This document shows, piece after piece, positions 52,188 to 64,000 of a DNA stretch of 64,000 bases. Made by a program: the position numbers and the translations under genes. The notes under the pieces are model-generated. The model was given only the letters and a program-made list of their open reading frames with translations, did not search any database and was not told where the DNA came from. Every line of letters starts with the position of its first letter. Positions within the stretch are counted from its first letter, which is position 1. Location: assembly GCA_963708135.1 (NCBI GenBank), contig OY970192.1:2368001-2432000 (forward strand). The letters are read 5' to 3'. The DNA is from an uncultured Gemmatimonadales bacterium. GTDB taxonomy: Bacteria > Gemmatimonadota > Gemmatimonadetes > Longimicrobiales > RSA9.

Positions 52188-52615
52188 GCGTTGCCTCCCT
52201 CCGCACCGCGCTCGCGCACGATGAACTTCGTCTTGACGGGCAGCTTGGCGGCGGCCAGAGCGAAGGCGCGGCGGGCGATGTCTTCGGGCACGCCCTCGAG
52301 CTCGAACATCATGCGTCCCGGCTTGACCACCGCGACCCACATCTCCGGGCTGCCCTTGCCCTTCCCCATCCGCGTCTCCGCGGGCTTCTTCGTGACCGGC
52401 TTGTCCGGGAAGATGCGAATCCAGACCTTGCCGCCACGCTTGATGTGACGCGTCATGGCGACACGGGCGGCCTCGATCTGCCGGTTGGTGATCCAGCCCG
52501 GCTCCATCGTCTGCAAGCCGTAATCGCCAAAGGAAACGGCGTTGCCCCGCGTGGCCATGCCGCGCGTGCGACCCTTCTGCTGCTTGCGGTACTTGACTCT
52601 CTTCGGCGCCAGCAT
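52184..52615 (-). CDS. rplP: 50S ribosomal protein uL16
   Basis: [11 protein letters not shown]...RMGKGKG. Confidence 0.98.
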   Translation of the reverse strand: MLAPKRVKYRKQQKGRTRGMATRGNAVSFGDYGLQTMEPGWITNRQIEAARVAMTRHIKRGGKVWIRIFPDKPVTKKPAETRMGKGKGSPEMWVAVVKPGRMMFELEGVPEDIARRAFALAAAKLPVKTKFIVRERGAEGGNA

Positions 52616-52629
52616 GGCTCCTGCCCCTA

Positions 52630-53289
<660 letters not shown>

Positions 53290-53290
53290 G

Positions 53291-53641
53291 TTACTCCTTA
53301 CGATCCACGACGATCACGACATGGCTGGTCGGCCGCCGGATCGGCGCCGCACGGCCCATGGCGGCGGCGCGCCAGCGCTTGAGGCGCGGGCCTTCGTTGA
53401 CGAAGGCTTCCCTGACGACGAGGTCGTCAACGTCCACGAACTCGCCCGCGTCCTCCGCCTTGGCCCGCGCGTTGGCGACGGCCGAGCGCAGCGTCTTGTC
53501 GATCTGCACCGCAGCCCGCTTCTTCGAGAACTGGAGCAGCGCGTACGCCTCGCCCACGCCGCGACCCCGGATGAGGTCCGCGACGAGCCGCATCTTGCGC
53601 GGGCTCTGCCGGATATGCCTGGACTCTGCCCGAGCTTTCAT
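53291..53641 (-). CDS. rplV: 50S ribosomal protein uL22
   Basis: [14 protein letters not shown]...SAVANA. Confidence 0.98.
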   Translation of the reverse strand: MKARAESRHIRQSPRKMRLVADLIRGRGVGEAYALLQFSKKRAAVQIDKTLRSAVANARAKAEDAGEFVDVDDLVVREAFVNEGPRLKRWRAAAMGRAAPIRRPTSHVVIVVDRKE

Positions 53642-53642
53642 C

Positions 53643-53930
53643 TCACCTCGCCCTGGATCGCTTGTCCGCCAGCTTGCCGCCGTGCCCGCGGAAGAGCCGC
53701 GTGGGCGAGAACTCGCCCAGCTTGTGGCCGACCATGTTCTCCGTGACGTAGACGGGAATGAACTTGTTCCCGTTGTGCACGGCGAGGGTGTGGCCGACGA
53801 AGTCCGGGGAGATCATCGACGCCCTCGACCAGGTCTTCACGACCCGCCTCTCGTTCCTCGAGTTCATCTGCTGGATCTTGCCCAGCAGCTTCGGCTCGAT
53901 GTGCGGCCCCTTCTTGATCGATCTCGACAT
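53643..53930 (-). CDS. rpsS: 30S ribosomal protein uS19
   Basis: MSRSIKKGP...KTWSRAS...[11 protein letters not shown]. Confidence 0.98.
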   Translation of the reverse strand: MSRSIKKGPHIEPKLLGKIQQMNSRNERRVVKTWSRASMISPDFVGHTLAVHNGNKFIPVYVTENMVGHKLGEFSPTRLFRGHGGKLADKRSRAR

Positions 53931-53946
53931 GGCTCGGTCGTATCCC

Positions 53947-54786
53947 TCAGCTCGTGGCCTTGCCGCGCTTACGGCCGCGGACGATGTGCTGGTTCGACTT
54001 CTTCTTGTGGTCGCGCGTCTTCCTGCCCTCGGGCTTGCCCCAGGGCGAGACGGGCGGCCGGCCGCCCGACGTCCGACCCTCGCCGCCGCCCAGCGGGTGG
54101 TCCACGGGATTCATGGCGACGCCGCGCACCTTGGGCCGGCGGCCGCGCCAGCGGCTCGCGCCCGCCTTGCCGATGGTCTGCAGGTTGTGATCGCCGTTGC
54201 CGACCTGGCCGATCGTGGCGAAGCAGGTCCGGTGGATCATGCGGACCTCCGTCGAGGGCATCCGCAGCGTCACGTAGTCGCCCTCCTTGGCCATCACCTG
54301 GGCGCCGGCGCCGGCGGTGCGGACGAGCTGTGCCCCCTTGCCGCGCTTCATCTCCAGGTTGTGGACCACCGTGCCCAGGGGGATCTCCGCCAGGGGCAGG
54401 GCGTTGCCCACCCGGATGTCGGAGCCGGGCCCGCTCACCACCGTTTCCCCCGGGGCGAGCCCCTTGGGGTGCAGGATGTAGCGCTTGTCGCCGTCCGCGT
54501 AGTGGACGAGCGCGATGTTGGCGCTGCGGTTCGGGTCGTACTCGATCTCGGCGATCCTGCCCGGCACGCCGATCTTGTCGCGCTTGAAGTCGATCTTGCG
54601 GTAAACGCGCTTCGCGCCACCGCCGCGCCGGCGCGAGGTGATCCGGCCGTGGTGATTGCGGCCGCCGGACTTCTTGAGCGGCTCGGTCAGCGACTTCTCC
54701 GGTCCCCGTCGCGTCACGACGTCGTGCTCGACGACGGCCCGGAAGCGGCTGGACGCGGTGACAGGCTTGAACTTCTTGATCGGCAT
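53947..54786 (-). CDS. rplB: 50S ribosomal protein uL2
   Basis: EYDPNRSA and [17 protein letters not shown] motifs. Confidence 0.98.
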   Translation of the reverse strand: MPIKKFKPVTASSRFRAVVEHDVVTRRGPEKSLTEPLKKSGGRNHHGRITSRRRGGGAKRVYRKIDFKRDKIGVPGRIAEIEYDPNRSANIALVHYADGDKRYILHPKGLAPGETVVSGPGSDIRVGNALPLAEIPLGTVVHNLEMKRGKGAQLVRTAGAGAQVMAKEGDYVTLRMPSTEVRMIHRTCFATIGQVGNGDHNLQTIGKAGASRWRGRRPKVRGVAMNPVDHPLGGGEGRTSGGRPPVSPWGKPEGRKTRDHKKKSNQHIVRGRKRGKATS

Positions 54787-54790
54787 CGGA

Positions 54791-55081
54791 CTAGATCCCC
54801 TCGTAGACGTCGATGCGCTCGCCCGGGGCGAGCTTGACGATCGCCTTCTTGTAGCCGGGCCGGCGGCCGATGCTGCGGCCGACGCGGCGCAGCTTGCCGC
54901 GGTAGTTCATGGTCCGCACGTCGGCGACGCGCACGGCGAACAGCCGCTCGACGGCGTTACGGATCTCGATCTTGTTGGACTCGGGCGCGACGATGAAGGC
55001 GTACGCGCCCTCATTCTCGCCCATGTCCGTGGACCGCTCCGTGACGACGGGGCGGATCAGGACCTCGCGCGGGCTACGCAT
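54791..55081 (-). CDS. rplW: 50S ribosomal protein uL23
   Basis: [17 protein letters not shown] and KKAIVKL motifs. Confidence 0.97.
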   Translation of the reverse strand: MRSPREVLIRPVVTERSTDMGENEGAYAFIVAPESNKIEIRNAVERLFAVRVADVRTMNYRGKLRRVGRSIGRRPGYKKAIVKLAPGERIDVYEGI

Positions 55082-55706
55082 GGGCCACCTCCCCGGCGCG
55101 CTCGAGCGCGGGCTCCTCGATGATGAGCGTGTCGGCCCAGAGCACGTCATACGCGGACTCGGTGCCGAAGGCCTGCACCTGGACGCCCGAAAGGTTACGG
55201 GCGGAGCGGTAGACGAGCGGCTTGTGGCCGTCGGTCAGGATCAGCACGTTGCCGCTCGTGCCGGCGGCGGCCAGGAGCTGCGTGATGCGGCGCGTCTTCG
55301 GCGCATCGAAGTCGAGGGCATCCACAACCAGCACCGCTCCGTCCTGGGCCCGCGCGTTGTAGGCGGAGCGCCGCGCGAGCCAGCGCACCTTCCGCGGCAC
55401 GGCCTCGTGGAAGTTCCGGTTCGCCCGCGGGCCGAAGACGTTACCGCCTCCGCGCCAGTGCGGCGCACGCGTGGAGCCCACGCGCGCCCGGCCGGTGCCC
55501 TTCTGGCGCCATGGCTTGCTGTTGCCGCCGGACACGTAGCGGCGGGTCTTCGTGGCCGCCGTCGCCTGGCGCTGGTTGGCCAGGTAGGCCTTCACGGTCT
55601 GCCACATGGCGGCCTCGTGGATCGTGCCGTCGAAGAGCGTGTCCGGAAGCTCCGTCTCGGCCGACTTCTTCTCGCCCTCGGCCGTAAAGGCGGCTGCCTT
55701 GAACAT
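55074..55706 (-). CDS. rplD: 50S ribosomal protein uL4
   Basis: [15 protein letters not shown]...GGGNVFGP. Confidence 0.98.
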   Translation of the reverse strand: MFKAAAFTAEGEKKSAETELPDTLFDGTIHEAAMWQTVKAYLANQRQATAATKTRRYVSGGNSKPWRQKGTGRARVGSTRAPHWRGGGNVFGPRANRNFHEAVPRKVRWLARRSAYNARAQDGAVLVVDALDFDAPKTRRITQLLAAAGTSGNVLILTDGHKPLVYRSARNLSGVQVQAFGTESAYDVLWADTLIIEEPALERAGEVAHA

Positions 55707-55732
55707 CGTCGAATCTCCCGCGCCCGCCACGA

Positions 55733-56353
55733 TTATACCTTCCTCAGGAACACGAGGCTGTTGCGCGCCCCCGGGACCGCGCCACGGACGAAGATCAGGT
55801 TGCGCCCGGCGTCCACACGCTCCACGCGCACGTTGCGCAGCGTGTGCTGCTGTCCGCCCATCTGCCCCGGCATCTTCTTGCCCTTGATCACGCGTGACGG
55901 GTTCGTGCCAGGACCGAGAGAGCCGACGTTGCGCGCCTTCGGGTGCCCATGGGAGCCGGGGCGTCCGCGGAAGCCGTGGCGCTTCATGGCGCCCTGGAAG
56001 CCGCGGCCCTTCGTCGTGCCGACCACCTTGATTCGCTGGCCGGCCTCGAACTGCTCGACCGTCAGCTGCTGGCCCGGCTCGAAGCCCTCGGGCTCGGCGA
56101 CGCGGAACTCGTGCAGCGTACGCGGCGCGTACTCCAGCCCGGCACGGGCGGCGTGGCCGCGCTCGGCGCGCGTGCTGCGGCGCTCCTTGCGGGCGCCCCA
56201 GCCGAGCTGGATGGCCGTATAGCCGTCCGTCTCCGCGGTCTTGACCTGCGTCACGGGGCAGGGGCCGGCCTCGATCACGGTGACCGGCACGGCGCTGCCA
56301 TCCTCTTTGAAGATCTGGGTCATCCCCAGCTTGCGTCCGATGAGTGCCGACAT
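55733..56353 (-). CDS. rplC: 50S ribosomal protein uL3
   Basis: GRKLGMTQIF, KGRGFQG and RGAVPG motifs. Confidence 0.98.
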   Translation of the reverse strand: MSALIGRKLGMTQIFKEDGSAVPVTVIEAGPCPVTQVKTAETDGYTAIQLGWGARKERRSTRAERGHAARAGLEYAPRTLHEFRVAEPEGFEPGQQLTVEQFEAGQRIKVVGTTKGRGFQGAMKRHGFRGRPGSHGHPKARNVGSLGPGTNPSRVIKGKKMPGQMGGQQHTLRNVRVERVDAGRNLIFVRGAVPGARNSLVFLRKV

Positions 56354-56357
56354 CGCC

Positions 56358-56666
56358 CTAGTCCACCTTGATCTCGACGTCCACACCGGCCGGCAGATCC
56401 AGCTTGGTGAGCGCGTCGATCGTCTGGGGCCGCGAGTCGATGATGTCGATGACCCGCTTATGGGTCTTCAGCTCGAACTGCTCGCGGCTCTTCTTGTCCA
56501 CGTGGGGCGAGCGCAGCACGGTCCAACGCTGGATCCGCGTCGGTAGCGGGATCGGGCCGCTGACGCGCGCACCGCTCTTCTCCGCCGTGCGGACGATGTC
56601 CGAGGCGGTCTGGTCGATGACGGCGTGGTCGAACGCCTTGAGCCGGATCCTGATCTTGCCAGCCAT
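56358..56666 (-). CDS. rpsJ: 30S ribosomal protein uS10
   Basis: [10 protein letters not shown]...[13 protein letters not shown]. Confidence 0.98.
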   Translation of the reverse strand: MAGKIRIRLKAFDHAVIDQTASDIVRTAEKSGARVSGPIPLPTRIQRWTVLRSPHVDKKSREQFELKTHKRVIDIIDSRPQTIDALTKLDLPAGVDVEIKVD

Positions 56667-56693
56667 AGTCTCTTTTCTCTCGCGCGTGCCGCG

Positions 56694-57887
<1,194 letters not shown>

Positions 57888-57899
57888 GATCTCTTCTCC

Positions 57900-59997
<2,098 letters not shown>

Positions 59998-60014
59998 ACC
60001 CGAACTCTATTCCC

Positions 60015-60485
60015 CTACCACCGGTAGTGAGCGAAGGCCTTGTTGGCCTCGGCCATGCGGTGGGTGTCTTCCTTGCGCTTGATGGCGCTGCCCTCGTTGC
60101 GGCTGGCGGCCATGAGCTCCGCGGCCAGACGCTCGGCCATGGACTTCTCCCCACGCCCGCGCGAAAAGCTGACGAGCCACTTCATGGCCAGCGCGTTGCG
60201 CCGCTCCGGCCGCACCTCGACCGGCACCTGGTAGGTCGCACCGCCGACGCGGCGGCTCTTGACCTCGAGCACGGGCTTGACGTTGTTCACCGCCTGCTTG
60301 AACACGTTCATCGCCGGCTGCCCGGTCTTCTCCTCGATGATGCGCATGGCCTCGTAGAAGATTCCCTCAGCCGTCGACTTCTTGCCGGCCAGCATCAGGT
60401 TGTTGACGAACTTGCTCACCGTCGTGGACCCGTACTGCGGGTCCGGCGGGACCTCGCGCTTGACCGCTCGCTGGCGTCTGCTCAT
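60015..60485 (-). CDS. rpsG: 30S ribosomal protein uS7
   Basis: [11 protein letters not shown]...[13 protein letters not shown]. Confidence 0.98.
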   Translation of the reverse strand: MSRRQRAVKREVPPDPQYGSTTVSKFVNNLMLAGKKSTAEGIFYEAMRIIEEKTGQPAMNVFKQAVNNVKPVLEVKSRRVGGATYQVPVEVRPERRNALAMKWLVSFSRGRGEKSMAERLAAELMAASRNEGSAIKRKEDTHRMAEANKAFAHYRW

Positions 60486-60487
60486 GG

Positions 60488-60859
<372 letters not shown>

Positions 60860-60960
60860 GCGTCCTAGAGCCTCTCGGATCTGCGTGTTGCCGGGCGAAA
60901 AAACGCGGGGACTCAGGCCCCCGCAGCGGCCGCTGCAAAAAGTGGCCGGACAGACTTGGA

Positions 60961-60989
60961 AATGTAAAGGCCGCCCCTCGAAGTGTCAA
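60961..60989 (-). promoter_or_regulatory. Sigma70 promoter of the str operon
   Basis: TTGACA-N17-TACATT, about 100 bp upstream of rpsL. Confidence 0.8.
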
Positions 60990-61076
60990 GGAGCGGCGCT
61001 TCACGATTCGGGTGGGCCCGCGGCGCCGTAGGCGCCTGCAGGAGCAGGCGGATGCGGGCGCCGGGGCGGGCGCGGG

Positions 61077-64000
61077 TCAGTCGGCGGGGGCGCCCTTCTC
61101 GGCCTCCTCCTCGGCGCCGCCGGCGGCCTCGGCGAGCCCGGGGAACAGCTCGCGGGCCCGGGCCTCCGTCTCGGACTCCATGGGGGGCAGCTCGAGGCCC
61201 TGGATCATGAACTCGATGTCGGTGTTGCGGTAGACCCCGGTTCCGGCGGGGATGAGGTGGCCGATGATGATGTTCTCCTTGAGCCCGATCAGCTCATCGC
61301 GAGCGCCGCGGACGGCGGCGTCGGTGAGGACGCGGGTGGTCTCCTGGAACGAGGCCGCGGAGATGAAGGACTGGGTGGTCAGGCTCGCCTTGGTGATGCC
61401 GAGCAGCAGGGGCTCGGAGCGCGCGGGCGTGCCGCCCTTGGCGATGATGCGCTGGTTGGCACCGCGGAACTCGCCACGATCGACGTGCTCACCCTCAAGG
61501 AACTCGCTGTCGCCGGGATCGGTGACGCGGACCTTCTGCAGCATCTGGCGGACGATGGTGCCGATGTGCTTGTCGTTGATCTTGACGCCCTGGAGGCGGT
61601 AGACCTCCTGGACCTCGTTGAGGAGGTACTCCTGCACGGCGCGGGGCCCCTTGATGCGCAGGATGTCGTGGGGGTTGACGGGCCCCTCGGAGAGACGGTC
61701 CCCGGCGCGGACCTGGTCGCCCTCGTGGACGCGGAGGTGCTTGCCGACGGGGACCTCGTAGACGCGCTCGTCGCCCTCGATCGGGACGACGATGATCTCG
61801 CGCTTGCCGCGCTTGATCTCGCCGAAGCGGATGCTGCCGTCGATCTCGGTAATGACGGAGGGGTCCTTGGGCCGGCGCGCCTCGAAGAGCTCGGCGACGC
61901 GGGGCAGGCCGCCCGTGATGTCGCGGGTCTTGTAGACCTCGCGGGAGATCTTGGCGAGGGTGGTGCCGGGCTCGACGGGCTCGCCCTGGCGGACGGTGAG
62001 CTGGGCGCCGACGGGGACGATGAACTCGCGGAGCTTCTCGGATTCCTTCCTGTCCCAGATCTCGATCATCGGGTGGAGCTTCTTCTCGCGATCCTCGATG
62101 ATGACGAGCTGCCGGCGGCCGGTGGACTCGTCGAGCTCCTCACGCACGGTCTCGTCCTCGACGATGTCGATGAAGCGGACCTTGCCGCCGAAGTCGGCGA
62201 CGATCGGCTCGGAGTAGGGGTCCCAGCTGAAGAGCATGTCGCCGGCCTCGATGACCTGCTCGTCCTGGGCGGCGAGGGTGGCGCCGTAGGGGACGGCAAG
62301 GCGGCTGCGGATGGCGCCTTCCCTGGTGAACTGCACGATCTCGCCCTCGCGGCTGGTGACGATGCGCTCGCCGGCGGGCGTCTCGACGAAGGTGATGCGC
62401 TCGAACTTGATCTTGCCGTCCACCTTTGACTTGCGCTGCGTCTGCGCGGCGATGCGGGCGGCGGTCCCACCGATGTGGAAGGTGCGCAGCGTGAGCTGCG
62501 TGCCGGGCTCGCCGATGGACTGGGCGGCCAGGATGCCGACGGCCTCGCCGATGTCGACGGTGCCCATGGTGGCGAGGTTGCGGCCGTAGCAGGCGCGGCA
62601 GACGCCGCGCTTGGCCTCGCAGGTGAGGACGGAGCGGATCTTGACCGACTGGATGCCGGCGTCCTCGATGGCCTCGCCATCGACCTCATCGATGAGCTGG
62701 CCGGCCTCGAGGATCGAGCTCGCCGTCGATGGGATCGTAGACGTCCTCGAGAGCGACGTTGCCGACGATGCGGTCCTTGAGCGGCTCGATGATGTCCTCG
62801 CCCTCCTTGAGGGCGGTGATCTCGAGGCCGAGGATGGTGCCGCAGTCCTCCTCGGTGATCGTGACGTCCTGTGCCACGTCCACGAGGCGGCGCGTCAGAT
62901 AGCCGGCGTCCGCGGTCTTCAGCGCGGTGTCGGCGAGGCCCTTGCGGGCGCCGTGCGTCGAGATGAAGTACTCGAGCACGGTGAGGCCCTCGCGGAAGTT
63001 GGACTTGATGGGACTCTCGATGATTTCGCCGATGCCGCCGGTCAGCTTCTTCTGGGGCTTGGCCATGAGGCCGCGCATGCCGGCGAGCTGGCGCATCTGG
63101 TCGCGGTTCCCGCGGGCGCCGGAGTTCATCATCATGAACACCGGGTTGAAGCCGCCGTTGGCGCGCTCGAGGCGGCGCACCATGGCGTCGGCCACGTCGT
63201 TGTTGGCGTGGGTCCAGGTGTCAATGACCTTGTTGTAGCGCTCGCCGTTCGAGATCACGCCGTTGTGGTAAGCGCGCTGGAAGCGCGACACCTCTTCCTC
63301 GGCGTCCCGGAGGATCTCCTCCTTCTCGGTGGGCACCTCGAGGTCGGCGAGGCCGACGGAGATGCCGCCCATGGTGGCGTAGCGGAAGCCGAAGTCCTTG
63401 AGGGCATCGAGGAACTCGGTGGTGCGGCGCAGCCCCACGCGGCGGTAGGCCTGGAAGATGATCTCCCCCAGCTCCTTCTTGCCCATGGTGCTGTTCCAGT
63501 AGCCCATCTCCTCGGGGACGACGGAGTTGAAGATGACGCGGCCGACGGTGGTCCGGCTCCACTTGCCGCGGCGGACCTCATCCTCGCCGGCATCGGCCTC
63601 CAGGCGGCGACGCTCGACCCAGAACCAGCAGGGCGAGTGGTAGGTGACGGTGCCCAGGGCGAGCGCCATCTCGGCCTCGGCGAAGCGGCCATAGCGAGGC
63701 GCGCCTTCGTAGGTCTCGTCGAGCAGCTTCTGCGCCTGCTCGCGGCGGTCCTTGGTGGCACGGGCCTGGGCGACGGTGTCCTCGGCGTCCTGCACCTCGA
63801 GCGGCGGCTTGGTCAGATAATAGCAGCCGATGACCATGTCCTGGGTCGGGCTGGCGACCGGGCGGCCGTTGGAGGGAAGCAGGATGTTGTTGGCGGCGAG
63901 CATCAGCACGCGCGCCTCGAGCTGCGCCTCGAAGGAGAGGGGCACGTGGACGGCCATCTGGTCGCCGTCGAAGTCGGCATTGAAGGCCGCGCAGACGAGC
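61077..64000 (-). CDS. rpoC: RNA polymerase beta' subunit (3' part; apparent +1 frameshift near 62715)
   Basis: [39 protein letters not shown] and SAASFQETT motifs across two frames. Confidence 0.97.

Overview
Very GC-rich bacterial chromosome segment, most consistent with Gemmatimonadota (inferred from gene order, e.g. rplQ-rpmB, and protein features; no database search was run). Almost all genes are on the minus strand. Read right to left: partial rpoC; a contiguous str-S10-spc-alpha ribosomal protein superoperon (rpsL to rplQ, then rpmB; infA absent) with an IS630 inserted in the secY stop codon; a cation/H+ antiporter; a CobA-HemD fusion; a ~22 kb Wzx/Wzy-type exopolysaccharide/capsule region with a UpxY/NusG-type antiterminator and two RCC1-repeat lipoproteins; TPR proteins, DegT aminotransferase, bamD, nadD, secA, radC, relA/spoT, an epimerase and partial uvrB. 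Most notable: (1) a four-helix-bundle (IVS/Avd-like) gene bracketed by inverted arrays of GCAAG-core 6-7 bp repeats and split by an IS4-family element; (2) candidate ribosomal-protein autoregulatory RNAs, a close mimic of the 16S helix-21 S8 site before rpsH and an S4-like leader before rpsD; (3) a sigma54-like promoter and structured leader before the UpxY gene. Single-base frameshifts in fusA and rpoC are probably sequencing errors. No rRNA, tRNA or CRISPR array was recognised.
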